Positions 50,192 to 60,535 of a stretch of 64,000 nt of DNA are shown here, piece after piece; position 1 is the stretch's first letter; each line of letters opens with the position of its first letter. Source of the DNA: Fimbriimonadales bacterium (lineage in GTDB: Bacteria; Armatimonadota; Fimbriimonadia; Fimbriimonadales; JABRVX01); contig BTVI01000007.1 in the NCBI GenBank assembly GCA_045862955.1, positions 36,939 through 100,938 of the forward strand, in the 5' to 3' direction. A program made the position numbers and the translations under genes. The notes below the pieces were generated by a model. It made no database searches. It worked only from the letters and a program-made list of their open reading frames with translations, and was not told where the DNA came from.

Positions 50192-50309
50192 GCTGAATCT
50201 CCGCATCCGTGGATTTGGCCCGTTAGTGCCTAACGCCTATTCTGACCGATTACCCACAGCGTTTTCACTGTCGTCCGCACGTGCGGACGAGCAGTTGGTC
50301 GTCGAACGT

Positions 50310-51767
50310 CTAGTCCTCGGCCTTCGCGGGGATGGTGCTGGTCGCCGGTGCCTTGTACACGACGTAGAGCATCCTAGCCGGACCGTCAATCGTGAACTGC
50401 TGCGCATCCTTGAACAGATCCAGTCCCAACAGTGCGCCCACCCGGAAGCCGATCCCGTGGGAAACTTGCTTGTCCAGGCTGTCCTGACCAATCGGTCGGG
50501 CAACCTTGATCTCGTAACCACCGATAGTGAGTGTGAGCGGCTTCGTAGACACGAGGCTCTTGCCCTTGTCGGCCGAGGTGCCAACGCCGCCGGCGAGCGA
50601 AGGCCCTATTTTGTAGTCCTCCTCTTTCAGCGTCTCCTGCATCCACTCGAAGGAGTACATGTTGATGGGAGCACCGGTATCCAGCAGCGCCCAAGTCTCC
50701 CAGTCGTCGAGCTTGATCGGGACCAGGATCTTGGCATCACCGATTATCGAGAACGGTACCGCGATCTGCTTGCTGCCATCCGGTCGAGTGATCACCTCGC
50801 CGGGCTTTCCCTTGAAGACCGATACACTGCTCAACGTGAGGGTCTTCTTGTCGAAGTCCACGGTGGACACGTAGTCCAGCATCCAGCGCGTGTCCAGTAC
50901 CCCGCCGATGCCCATGAATTTCGTCATCATGTCCAGCATCCCGATCATCGCTGCCGGCTGCTTGCCGATGGTCACGTCACCGATCTGCAGCTTCTCGAGG
51001 ACCCCTATCTCGATGGTCTCCAGTCCCCCGAACCCGAATGCGGCGCTCGTCCCCAAAGCTTCGACACCCAGCTCCTTCGCCTTGGTGGGTGATAGCGAGG
51101 GGTGCACCGATCCACCCGTATCGATGGCAAGCACCACCGGTTTCTCGTTTGCCACTGCCTCCACGGTGATGTAAGGTCGAACCTGCTTCAGCGGTATGCG
51201 AACGTTCATCCCCTCAGCGGGCTCTACCTTGGGGCGCTGAGTGATGGTCGGATAGACCGCGACGAGCCCCTTGAGCTGCGGCAGCAGTTCGTCGAAGGGG
51301 TAGCCCTTGGGGTCGGCTTCCAGCAGCGCCTTGCCGTAGGGGGCGGCGACCGCGAACTCGCCTTCCGATTGGTAGATCCCGAATAGGAATGCGCGAGCGT
51401 CGTTTACTGCCTCCGGTTCCTTCAGCGCTTCCTTCGCGAGCCGCTCCGCCTCTCGAACGTTGTTCTGAAGCTGCACCACTGCTGCATGCGCTAGCTTTTG
51501 CCAGCCGTGCGAGCTCTTACCACCGCCGTCTGTGAGCCGAGCTGCCAGCCTGTCGTCTCCCGCGCGAATAGCCGCCATCGCAGCCAGGCCCTTGTCGCGA
51601 GCGGGGGCGGACGACTGCTTGGCGACCTCCTGTGCCAGCGCGTACGCGGATTTCCAGTCGTCTTTGCGAAGGCTTGCGAGGATCTCGTCGCCCCGCTGAG
51701 CCGTCGCAGCGGCAAATGTGAGCAACGCGAAAGCGAGAGCGACGGTGTTACGCAGTTGCAGAGTCAT
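50310..51767 (-). CDS. Secreted protein with TPR-like N-terminus and two retropepsin-like aspartyl protease domains
   Basis: LAIDTGG and ALLDTGA motifs, GALLGLDL, T.DF; signal peptide; AAGGAG RBS. Confidence 0.82.
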   Translation of the reverse strand: MTLQLRNTVALAFALLTFAAATAQRGDEILASLRKDDWKSAYALAQEVAKQSSAPARDKGLAAMAAIRAGDDRLAARLTDGGGKSSHGWQKLAHAAVVQLQNNVREAERLAKEALKEPEAVNDARAFLFGIYQSEGEFAVAAPYGKALLEADPKGYPFDELLPQLKGLVAVYPTITQRPKVEPAEGMNVRIPLKQVRPYITVEAVANEKPVVLAIDTGGSVHPSLSPTKAKELGVEALGTSAAFGFGGLETIEIGVLEKLQIGDVTIGKQPAAMIGMLDMMTKFMGIGGVLDTRWMLDYVSTVDFDKKTLTLSSVSVFKGKPGEVITRPDGSKQIAVPFSIIGDAKILVPIKLDDWETWALLDTGAPINMYSFEWMQETLKEEDYKIGPSLAGGVGTSADKGKSLVSTKPLTLTIGGYEIKVARPIGQDSLDKQVSHGIGFRVGALLGLDLFKDAQQFTIDGPARMLYVVYKAPATSTIPAKAED

Positions 51768-51899
51768 TTGGCCTCTCCTTATTCATGCTGGGCCGCCCTT
51801 CGTGCGGCCACGAATGGCTTGGAAGAATCCTAGCCAGTATTACCTCGGGACCGACAGGTAGAGTTGCTTGACGAGCGGGCAACCCAGGCGTTTTGCGGG

Positions 51900-51928
51900 T
51901 TGCACCGTAAGGGAAACCGGCTTAGAAT
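51900..51928 (+). promoter_or_regulatory. Sigma70-type promoter
   Basis: TTGCAC, 17-bp spacer, TAGAAT. Confidence 0.55.
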
Positions 51929-52156
51929 CGTGCTTGGATACGCGACGAGGCTGGACGCTACCCCTCATGTTCGTGTCCGGCTGGGACGCATATTGCGCGC
52001 GGAGCGGTTGCCCAGGCAACCGCTCTCGCATTTGCGGGTGCGCGCATGAGCCTTTGGACCCTGGCAGGCGACCTCCGCTTCGCATCATCTTCCCACCACG
52101 TCTAGCCGCGGACAGCGCCGGCCCAGTTGCCAGGTATCATCCTCTGTACACGCGCC

Positions 52157-53158
52157 ATGACCCCTACGTACACCGCGGAAGCTCTCGAACTCAACCGGCG
52201 TCTCTTAGACTTCCTAAGGAGCGAGGAAGAGCGTCTCGGTGGGCCTCAGCCGGCCGTCAAGCCACCGCATCGAGTGCCCTTCGACTGGCCGCGAAGTTCC
52301 CTGAGTGCTCGGTATCACATCCCGGCTTCGGCATACGTGGGGCTTGCGACCCTGACGGTAGATGGCCAGGACTTTCCCGTGGAGGTGGCAGAGACTGAAT
52401 ACGGGGTCTTTGGGCGTTGCGAGCGCTTCTGGGCCGAGGCTCGGGGCGCGACTGTCGAAGCGATGCTGGCCAACCTGCGGACCGAGTGCATGCCGCTGTG
52501 GCAGAGACAACGAGCTATCGGAAGGGCTCTGGGGCGGGACGAGCGGGTGGAGACTCCCATCTCGACGATGGCGCCACTCGAACTATGCCGCTTGCTGTAT
52601 TGTGAAGACCGGGACGTCGCCAACGAGGCCATGACCGTGATTGACGAGGCGGCCAGCCAGGGCATCTGGGGTCCCGCGTTGCTCACGATCCTCAAGGACC
52701 GCAGCCATCCACTTCGACGCCAAGCTCAGTGGTGCGTGCTCGACCTTCTGGAAGACCTGCGAGGATTCTTCCCGCATCAGGCGGAGCAGGCCGAAGCGCT
52801 CGCAGTGCTCGAGGCGTTCCTATGGGACTGTGAAGATGACTTCGCCCGCACTTGCTACAAGTGCGGTGACGTGCTGGGTGACCACGTGGCAGACGACCGA
52901 GCCGCCGACCTGCTCCTTCGAGTGCTCGCGGGGGCTCCCTCCCCGTTCGGCAGGCGCTCGGCGATCCATGGCCTAATCCATGCAACCGAGTGGCTGCCCC
53001 ATCGAAAGGACGAGATTCTCGCCGCGCTGGCTCGGGCTACGGAGAGCGACCCCCACCCGCTGCTCCGCGAGTATGCTGCCGTCGCGATGGACGACATCCG
53101 CGTCGGCGCCCCCGGCCTCCACCCCCACGGTCCCGAGCCGGTGTTCGAGGGCGAATAG
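52157..53158 (+). CDS. Hypothetical protein with HEAT/ARM-like C-terminal helical repeats
   Basis: Long ORF with repeated helical motifs (RRQAQW, RRSAIHGL, DPHPLLREYA); start at MTPTY inferred. Confidence 0.7.
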   Translation: MTPTYTAEALELNRRLLDFLRSEEERLGGPQPAVKPPHRVPFDWPRSSLSARYHIPASAYVGLATLTVDGQDFPVEVAETEYGVFGRCERFWAEARGATVEAMLANLRTECMPLWQRQRAIGRALGRDERVETPISTMAPLELCRLLYCEDRDVANEAMTVIDEAASQGIWGPALLTILKDRSHPLRRQAQWCVLDLLEDLRGFFPHQAEQAEALAVLEAFLWDCEDDFARTCYKCGDVLGDHVADDRAADLLLRVLAGAPSPFGRRSAIHGLIHATEWLPHRKDEILAALARATESDPHPLLREYAAVAMDDIRVGAPGLHPHGPEPVFEGE

Positions 53159-53415
53159 CGGTCGGCTTCCGCGTGACGCTCCTGCGTCCTGACCGAGAGA
53201 AGCACTGAGTGTCCCCACGGGCTCGAGGAATTTTTCGCATCGGCACCGACGCAATGTCCAGCCTGGCTCCTCCGCCATTTTGTGGCCACCTGTTCGCTCG
53301 TCGCGGCGGCTACTAGGGAACTCCGGGCCCAATCCCAGTCCGAAGCGCTTCTGGCCGACCTTCTCGCCGCGCTCATGCGCTGATGCCACCGGCCTATTGG
53401 CTATCTTCCCGATTC

Positions 53416-54488
53416 TTCATGCCCCGGCCCGCGTCCGCCGGCCTGCACCCCAAGGACCGCGCCGGGGCATGGAACGCATCGCCGGGACGGCGAGCTCATG
53501 CGCGTCCCGTCGGACCGGAGGCGACGGGTGGCCGAAAGGGGATGAGTACCGCCGGGACGGCAAGCTTGCGACGGGGTTTCTATTCCTGAACACACGCAAA
53601 GGATGGGTCAGTGGCAAACCGTCATGCTGAGCCTGTCGAAGCATGAGGGCGACAGAGGCAGACGTACCTGCTGGACTGCGGGGCGGGCGGCAGGCGGGGT
53701 CATGCTTCGACAAGCTCAGCATGACGGATACGGGTGTGCCGGGTAGCCGGTGTGACGGGAAAGGGGTGTGGCGGGTAGGTTGTGATGGGTAGGGGTGTGG
53801 TGGGTAGCCGGTGTGACGGGAAAGGGTAGACGGGCGAGGGGGTTAGGTGTTGGTGTTGCGAGGTGTCGAGCCCGAACGATGTCATCGGAAGCCTTACACC
53901 GGTCGCAACCAATACCGTCCTTCGAAGCTTCGTCATGCTGAGCCTGTCGAAGCATGACGCCCCGAGCCGTATGCGTCCTTCCCTCACCACTCGCAGAGGA
54001 TGGGTAGGTGGGAAACCGTCATGCTGAGCCTGTCGAAGCATGAGGGCGACAGAGGGAAACGTACCTGATGCACTGCAGGGCGGGCGGCAGGCGGGGTCAT
54101 GCTTCGACAGGCTCAGCATGACGGATACGGGTGCGCCGGGTAGCCGGTGTGACGGGAAAGGGGTATTCCATGCCCCGGCCCGCGTCCGCCGACGAGCAGC
54201 TACCGACGGGATGGCTCGAAGCTAAGGACCGCGCCGGGGTGAGAGCCGGGCCAGCCGTGCCCTCGCCGTCGGCATGATGGTGGCCTCCGATGCAGCGCTT
54301 GCGGCTTGCGGTTGCATGCTTCGACAGGCTCAGCATGACGGATACGGGTGTGCCGGGTAGCCGGTGTGACGGGAAAGGGGTATTCCATGCCCCGGCCCGC
54401 GTCCGCCGACGAGCAGCTACCGACGGGATGAGTCGACCGAAAGGACCGCGCCGGGGCATGGAACCCGCGCCCCCGGCGCGGTCCTTTC
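53416..54488. repeat. Composite repeat mosaic: family-A doublets and singles, family-C inverted repeats, G-rich flanks
   Basis: Doublets at 53621-53725 and 54018-54122; singles at about 53932 and 54314; family C at about 53416, 54166 and 54383. Confidence 0.88.
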
Positions 54489-54559
54489 GTTAGCGTCAGA
54501 CCCTCGGTGCTGCCAAGTGGCGGACGCGGTCAGGAAGGTCGGCGATCGGTAGGCTGCGG

Positions 54560-56059
54560 CTATGCGAGGTTGCGCGTGGCGCGGTACATCTGGGCGTACC
54601 GAGACCGTGCCTCGCCGTACCGGCTGCTGAACGAGGGCCGAGGCTCGAAGACCTCCGTCTCGCGAACCACGGCTCCTGCCGCCTCCTCCATGCTCGCGTA
54701 CACCCCGCAGGCCGAGCCCGCAGCAAACGCCATCCCCAGGCATGCGGCGTCCGCCACGTTCACCCGAGCCACGGGACGCTCGTACACGTCTGCCTTCTGC
54801 TGCAGCCACAGATCGCTCTTGGCCCCGCCCCCGACCGCTCGTATCCGCTCGACTGGGATTCCGGCTCCATCCCAAAGGTCCAGCAACAGACGCATCTCGT
54901 AGGAGATGCCGTCGAGCGCTGCCTTCAACACCTCGCCTCGCGTCGTCGAGAGCGTGAGCCCAACGATGGCACCCTTGGCGTTCGAGTCGTAGTTGGGTGT
55001 CGCCGAACCGGCGAAGTAGGGAAGCAGCAGAACTTCCGATGGTCCCTCTGGCGCATCCCGAAGCAGCACGTCGTACGGGTCGGCACCGGCTGCCTGGGCT
55101 TCTGCCACCACGCCCCGGCAGAGGATGTCCCGAAACCAGCGGAGGATGGAGCCGCCCGAGAACACCCATGCGAGGCTCACGTAGAGACCGGGCACGGCAT
55201 GTGCGTAGCAGGGGAAACCCGAGGCGAACGCCGCATCGTTCAGCACCAGCCGGTCGGATGCGGCTGTGAGACACTCGACCGTGCCGATAGAGTCCACCGC
55301 CACTCCCGGCTCTACCACGCCGGCTCCAAGGGCCCCGGCAGGCTGGTCGTGTGCCCCGACTACGAGGAGCACATCGGAGGGTAACCCCAAGTCCTGCGCC
55401 ACATCCTTCGCGATCGTGCCGACGGGGGTTCCGCAGGGAAGCGCTGGCGCTAGTCGCGCAGGTTCCAGCCCAGTGGCATCGAGTACCTCTTCTGACCAGC
55501 ATGCCCGCTGAACGTCGAAGCAGAAGGTCCGGGCCGCGTTGCTGAAGTCGATCGCCGGCTCCCCACCCATTCGCGCGAGCACGTAGTCGCCGTAGCAGAG
55601 GAAGCGACGCGCATTCCGAAACACAGCAGGCTGGTGGTCTCGCAGCCACATCAACTTCATCGCTGTGTAGATGTGCGAGAGCTTCTGTCCGGTTATCTGG
55701 TAGAGCTGCCGTTCTGAGAGGCGGCCATCCCACACCCGCTCGTAGCCCATTGTTCGGATGCAAAAGGAGACCGCGCTGTTGGCGAGTGGGCGCATTCGCT
55801 CATCCACAGGCACTACCGCCTCGCCCTGGCTACTGACCGCGAGTGCTCGCACCGGGTCGGCCCTGCCCGCCGACGAGACGGCCTCTCGCACCGCTTCGCA
55901 CACCCCGCGCCAGACTAGCTCGGGGTCCAGTTCTGCCCAGCCGGGTTGCGGCTGCAACAATGGGTACTCGCGGTAGCCGGAGCCGAGAGTCTTGCCGTCC
56001 TCGGCAAACACGATGGCTTTCGCTCCGCTTGTTCCCACATCGAGCCCGAGAAGGCTCAT
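54560..56059 (-). CDS. FGGY-family carbohydrate kinase (xylulokinase-like)
   Basis: LGLDVGTSGAKA, PQPGWAELDP, GAHDQ, AVGGGAKS..W.Q..AD. Confidence 0.9.
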   Translation of the reverse strand: MSLLGLDVGTSGAKAIVFAEDGKTLGSGYREYPLLQPQPGWAELDPELVWRGVCEAVREAVSSAGRADPVRALAVSSQGEAVVPVDERMRPLANSAVSFCIRTMGYERVWDGRLSERQLYQITGQKLSHIYTAMKLMWLRDHQPAVFRNARRFLCYGDYVLARMGGEPAIDFSNAARTFCFDVQRACWSEEVLDATGLEPARLAPALPCGTPVGTIAKDVAQDLGLPSDVLLVVGAHDQPAGALGAGVVEPGVAVDSIGTVECLTAASDRLVLNDAAFASGFPCYAHAVPGLYVSLAWVFSGGSILRWFRDILCRGVVAEAQAAGADPYDVLLRDAPEGPSEVLLLPYFAGSATPNYDSNAKGAIVGLTLSTTRGEVLKAALDGISYEMRLLLDLWDGAGIPVERIRAVGGGAKSDLWLQQKADVYERPVARVNVADAACLGMAFAAGSACGVYASMEEAAGAVVRETEVFEPRPSFSSRYGEARSRYAQMYRATRNLA

Positions 56060-56065
56060 CTCAAA

Positions 56066-57049
56066 TCACCAGCGGATGACGTTTGCCCCCCAAGCAAGGC
56101 CGGCTCCGAAGCCGACCGTGAGAACGATGTCCCCCCGCTCGATTCGACCCGCGCGCTCCGCCTCCCACAGGGCGATAGGAATGGAAGCCGACGATGTATT
56201 GCCGTATTTCTCGATGTTCAGAAACACCCGGTCCTCTGACAGTTCGAGCTTCTCCATCGAAGCGCGAATGATGCGCAGGTTGGCTTGGTGCGGAACGAAC
56301 AGGTCGATATCGGATGGCGTAAGGCCGGCCATCTCCAAGCTCCGGAGGCACGCGTCCGCCAGCGCCTTCACCGCGAAGCGGAACACCTCCTGGCCTTGCA
56401 TGGTGATCGTGCCGTGGATGGGTGTTTCGAGTGCTCCATCGAGGTGCTTCCGGGGAAGGCCGTAGGAAAGTTGAATAAGGTCTGCACCCGACCCGTCCGT
56501 CAGTAGGCAGCTTGCGAGGATGCCGCGGTCGCCTTCCTCCGCCCGCAGCACGGCGGCTCCTGCACCATCACCGAACAGCACGCACGTGCTTCGGTCCCCG
56601 TAGTCCGTGATCTTGGACAGCAGCTCGACACCGATGACCAAGGCCGTGTTGTGGGTGCCCACACTGAACAGGCTCGAGGCGATGGCACCTCCGAAAACGA
56701 ACCCTGCGCATGCCGCCCCGATGTCGAAGGCCGTGCATCGCTCGATGCCGAGTCCACGCTGTACGCGACAGGCCGTGGAAGGGAAGGTTGTTTCACCCGT
56801 GACGGTCCCCACAATGATCAGGTCCACCTCTTGCGGGTCCATCTCGGCCTGCTCGAGGGCCTCTCTCGCGGCACGAACACAAAGTACCGAGCTCTCCTCA
56901 CCTGGGGAGGCGATCCGTCGCTCCTTGATGCCGGTGCGCGTCACGATCCACTCGTCCGAAGTGTCGACCAGTTTCTCGAGGTCGGCATTGCTCAGCACGC
57001 GGTCCGGGATGCCCGCTCCGAGGCCACAGAAGACGGCACGCTTAGGCAT
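56066..57049 (-). CDS. fabH: 3-oxoacyl-ACP synthase III
   Basis: DTSDEWI..RTGI, AACAGF, FGDGAGA, HQAN, GNTSSASIP, GFGAG. Confidence 0.97.
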   Translation of the reverse strand: MPKRAVFCGLGAGIPDRVLSNADLEKLVDTSDEWIVTRTGIKERRIASPGEESSVLCVRAAREALEQAEMDPQEVDLIIVGTVTGETTFPSTACRVQRGLGIERCTAFDIGAACAGFVFGGAIASSLFSVGTHNTALVIGVELLSKITDYGDRSTCVLFGDGAGAAVLRAEEGDRGILASCLLTDGSGADLIQLSYGLPRKHLDGALETPIHGTITMQGQEVFRFAVKALADACLRSLEMAGLTPSDIDLFVPHQANLRIIRASMEKLELSEDRVFLNIEKYGNTSSASIPIALWEAERAGRIERGDIVLTVGFGAGLAWGANVIRW

Positions 57050-58046
57050 GGGTAGCTTCCAACTGCATAGAGTTCACCATCGCTCCAATCCTGTCAATCA
57101 AGCCGTTCTTGACGGCTGCCTCGGCCTGCTGCACCGCATTGCAGATGGCGCGGGAGTCGGACCTGCCGTGGCAGATGATGAACACCCCGTTCACGCCGAG
57201 CAACGGGGCCCCCCCGTACTCCGAGTAGTCGAGGTTCCGCTTCAGCCCCACCAAGCCCCCGAGGAGAAGCGGTAGCGGAAGCCGGAGCAGAAAGTTCTTG
57301 GGCAGAGAGTCCTTGATCATGCTCATGATCATCTCTGCTACTGCCTCGCCGGTCTTCAGGACGATGTTGCCAACGAAAGCATCGCACACCACGACGTCCA
57401 CCTTGCCCGAGAAGAGATGCTTGCCTTCCACGTTGCCGATGAATGTGTTCAGATGCCTGGCCAACAACTCATGCGCCTTCTTGGTCAGCGCGTTCCCCTT
57501 TCCGGGCTCTTCGCCTATGTTCAGAAGGCCCACCCTCGGATCCCGAATACCCATCACAGCCGTTGCGTATGCCGAGCCCATGACTGCAAAGTCCAGCAGG
57601 TCTGCGGCGGAGCAGTCTACGGTGGCCCCGCTGTCCAACAGGACGAACTTGCCCTTACTGGACGGTATCTGAGTGGCGATGGCGGGCCGATGCACGCCGG
57701 GGATGCTCTTCCACCGCAGCTTGGCCAGTGCGGTAGCGGCGCCGGTGTTTCCGGCGGAAACCACGCCGTCGCACTCGCCCTCCTCCACCAGCCGGACCGC
57801 TACAGCGAGCGAACTGTCGCGCTTTCGCCGCACGGCGTCCATCGGGCTCTCGTGCATGGCGATAACTTCCGTCGCAGGATGAATATGAACGTTGCTCGGG
57901 ACCGACCTCGGCAGGTGCTCCTGGATGAGGGACGGCTGGCCGACGAGGATCAGCTCACCCCCGATGTTCGAGGCAGCCGCTAGAACCCCGCTGACGACCT
58001 CGCGAGGGGCATGGTCTCCACCCATCGCATCGATCGCCAGCCTCAT
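57042..58046 (-). CDS. plsX: Phosphate acyltransferase
   Basis: AIDAMGGDHAP, SAGNTGA, LLNIGEE..KG, GNI.LK, GGA.LLG. Confidence 0.97.
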   Translation of the reverse strand: MRLAIDAMGGDHAPREVVSGVLAAASNIGGELILVGQPSLIQEHLPRSVPSNVHIHPATEVIAMHESPMDAVRRKRDSSLAVAVRLVEEGECDGVVSAGNTGAATALAKLRWKSIPGVHRPAIATQIPSSKGKFVLLDSGATVDCSAADLLDFAVMGSAYATAVMGIRDPRVGLLNIGEEPGKGNALTKKAHELLARHLNTFIGNVEGKHLFSGKVDVVVCDAFVGNIVLKTGEAVAEMIMSMIKDSLPKNFLLRLPLPLLLGGLVGLKRNLDYSEYGGAPLLGVNGVFIICHGRSDSRAICNAVQQAEAAVKNGLIDRIGAMVNSMQLEATHA

Positions 58047-58282
58047 GCGTTCTCAGAAGCCTGCCTGGACACCTTGCTGCGACTGCGAATCTCTTTGACC
58101 GCTGCCGCTCGGCCCCTGTACATTCCACAGACCGGGCAAGCTGTATGCGATGGCAGCACCTGAGGACAGTCTGCGCGGGCGCAGTGGAAGCTGACGGGAG
58201 ACAAGTTGGGAGTCGACAGCGAGTAATGGGTCCTACGTTTTGCGGACCTGGCATGCGAATGCTTTCTCTTCGGGTTTGGCAT
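58043..58282 (-). CDS. rpmF: 50S ribosomal protein L32
   Basis: MPNPKRKHS.AR..KRR, H.ACP.CG.Y.GR; synteny yceD-rpmF-plsX. Confidence 0.93.
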   Translation of the reverse strand: MPNPKRKHSHARSAKRRTHYSLSTPNLSPVSFHCARADCPQVLPSHTACPVCGMYRGRAAAVKEIRSRSKVSRQASENA

Positions 58283-58309
58283 AGCGTTTCCTTATGGCTT
58301 AGGCGTTGT

Positions 58310-58858
58310 TCACGCCGGCTCAGTCTTCGACCACTCCTCGGCGAGTGCGCGGAAGACCGGATTGCCGGCATCCGAGCCACACTCGCACGGGCCTTCGTTC
58401 AGGTTGGCTCCGCAGTGTTCGCATAGACCCAGACATTCAGCCGAGCACAGCGGGTGCGCTGGGAGCTCCACCAGCAAAATCTGGCGGATGAGCTCCTCGA
58501 TCTTCAGCCGGTTCTCGACGAAGAGTGGAAACGGCTCCTCTGCGTCATCCACGTATGCCGCTCCCGAGTGCGACAAAGACCCCGGAGTGCCGGTGATCGG
58601 AAAGGTCTCTTCCACGGCAAACTCTATCGGCACCTCGACATCAATGGTGCAGCGCACGCACTCCAGAACAGCGGTGGTGTGGAAGTTGCCCTGAAGAAGA
58701 AGCACACGCCCGTCGCACTGAGCCCGCAGCGTCCCGCCGATTGGGCTCGCCAACGCGACGTCCGGTTCGTCTACCCCGTCCAGCAAGACGTCGAACTCCA
58801 CGCTCCGCCCGGGATGCTGTACCACTTCGTTTAGGTCGAGCAATCGGCTGCGGTCCAC
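58310..58858 (-). CDS. DUF177/YceD family protein
   Basis: C.RC, LC..EC.GLC..CG.NLN; upstream of rpmF; GTG start with AGGAG; TATAAT at 58918-58923. Confidence 0.9.
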   Translation of the reverse strand: MDRSRLLDLNEVVQHPGRSVEFDVLLDGVDEPDVALASPIGGTLRAQCDGRVLLLQGNFHTTAVLECVRCTIDVEVPIEFAVEETFPITGTPGSLSHSGAAYVDDAEEPFPLFVENRLKIEELIRQILLVELPAHPLCSAECLGLCEHCGANLNEGPCECGSDAGNPVFRALAEEWSKTEPA

Positions 58859-58956
58859 GGAATCTCTCCTCGTCAACGAACACACGCGTCCGATGGTGTG
58901 GCCACGTGAACGCGGCGATTATACACCAAGGACCCTGAGACGTCTCGACAAGCCCA

Positions 58957-58983
58957 CGGCCCTGCCAAAGCCGGGCAGGGCCG
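58957..58983 (-). terminator. Hairpin downstream of flagellin
   Basis: CGGCCCTGCC-aaagccg-GGCAGGGCCG, 10-bp stem, 25 nt past the stop. Confidence 0.5.
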
Positions 58984-59008
58984 CTATCCGAGCGGTAACC
59001 GAGCTTCC

Positions 59009-60463
59009 TTATCGGAGCAGCTGCAATACCGCTTGAGGAGTCTGGTTGGCCTGCGCCAAGACCGCCATGCCAGACTGGGTGAGAATTTGCAGCTTCGTAA
59101 ACTCGGTGATCTCCGCTGCGATATCGGCATCGCGGATGGTGGACTCGGTTGCCGTCAGGTTCTCTCTCGCAGTGGTCAGCGAACGCACGTTGCTCTCCAA
59201 GACGTCTCGCTGGAAGCTGCCGATTTGCCCCCGGAGGGTGCTGATCTGCTCGATAGCGGCGTCAATAATGGCGAGTGCGTCCTGCGCCCCCTGTTCCGTC
59301 GTCAGGTCTATGTCGGCGAAGCTGCGGCCCGGAATCACTCCGGTGCCTAAGTTGGCAGCGTGAAGGTCGGTGAGGGCGAGCCGCATCTGCTCCCCGGCGT
59401 TCGCACCAACTTGGAAGGCAACGCTGCCCGCGGTCAGCGCACCGATTAGCTCACCGGTCGTCGCCAATCCGGTGTTTCCGGCCTCAGTTAGAACAAGAAC
59501 GTTGCCCTCGCCATCACTCACTCGCAGTCCGGAGTCCTTGCTGCCCTGTCCTCCCGTGAACAGTGCCGAGGTGACTCCCTGACTGGTGAGCACCGTCACA
59601 CTCACCACTGCGTCGGTACCCACGGCAGTCGTCACGGTGCCCGACCTCATGAGCAGGTTCGACGTGTCGTAAAGCGTAATGTCGAACTTCGAGCCATACG
59701 TTACGTTGGTCAGCTGAACGACGGAAGAACCGTTGGCGGTAATCACCTGCGCGGTGACACCTGTCCTTCCCGAGATGTCGTTGATCTTGTTCAATATCTC
59801 CTGCAGCGTCTGCGTGCCGTTGGACTGGATGGTGTATCCGTTCAGCACCAGAGTTCCCGCGGACACGAGGCTCGAGAGGCTTGCGAAAGTGGTTGTCAGG
59901 GTCCTCGTTGCACGCGTGGCGGAAGTGACGAGGGCTGCTGTGATAGAGCCACTGACAACCTGGCTACCCCCGAAGAGGCTGCCGATGTTGATGCCGGCAA
60001 CGTCCGTTTGGTTGACGACAGCGGCCGAGACCCCTGCCGTTCCGTCGAACAGTTTCTTCCCGGAGAATGCGGTCACATCGGCGATGCGATCGAGGCTCAT
60101 GATCGTGGAGCGAATCTGCTCCTGGTCCGCGCGAAGCTGGACGTCGTCCACCACCCCCCGGTTGAGGGCGTGCACAGCCAAGTTTCTGGTGCCTCGCAAG
60201 AGGGTGGAGACCTCGTTTAAGGCGGCCTCGGCGGTCTTGACCATGTTGATCGCATCCTGCGAGTTCTTTACCGCTTGTTCTAAGCCCAGGATCTGAGCAC
60301 GCAGGCTCTCGGAATGGATGAGACCAGCAGGGTCGTCTCCTCCCCGGTTGATGCGAAGGCCGGTCGAAAGGCGTTCGATCGTGCGTCCCATCGCCTCGTC
60401 CGTGGTCCCGAGGTTTCTCAGAGCGTTCATCGCCGCAATATTGGTGTTGATACGCAGGCTCAA
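59009..60463 (-). CDS. fliC: Flagellin
   Basis: LRINTNIAA, ERLSTGLRIN..DDPAGL, FQVGAN, ESTIRDAD.A.E, LAQANQ.PQ.VL.LL; TTG start. Confidence 0.97.
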   Translation of the reverse strand: MSLRINTNIAAMNALRNLGTTDEAMGRTIERLSTGLRINRGGDDPAGLIHSESLRAQILGLEQAVKNSQDAINMVKTAEAALNEVSTLLRGTRNLAVHALNRGVVDDVQLRADQEQIRSTIMSLDRIADVTAFSGKKLFDGTAGVSAAVVNQTDVAGINIGSLFGGSQVVSGSITAALVTSATRATRTLTTTFASLSSLVSAGTLVLNGYTIQSNGTQTLQEILNKINDISGRTGVTAQVITANGSSVVQLTNVTYGSKFDITLYDTSNLLMRSGTVTTAVGTDAVVSVTVLTSQGVTSALFTGGQGSKDSGLRVSDGEGNVLVLTEAGNTGLATTGELIGALTAGSVAFQVGANAGEQMRLALTDLHAANLGTGVIPGRSFADIDLTTEQGAQDALAIIDAAIEQISTLRGQIGSFQRDVLESNVRSLTTARENLTATESTIRDADIAAEITEFTKLQILTQSGMAVLAQANQTPQAVLQLLR

Positions 60464-60535
60464 CTCGGTTTGCCCTCACTCTTCCGTGATAGCCGATGGT
60501 CGCGGGCAGCCGCGACGCACACGACTCGCCCTGGA

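Noticed and set aside
51935..52110. 6S RNA
   Set aside because: The recognisable closing stem encloses only about 90 nt and no central bubble architecture is evident.
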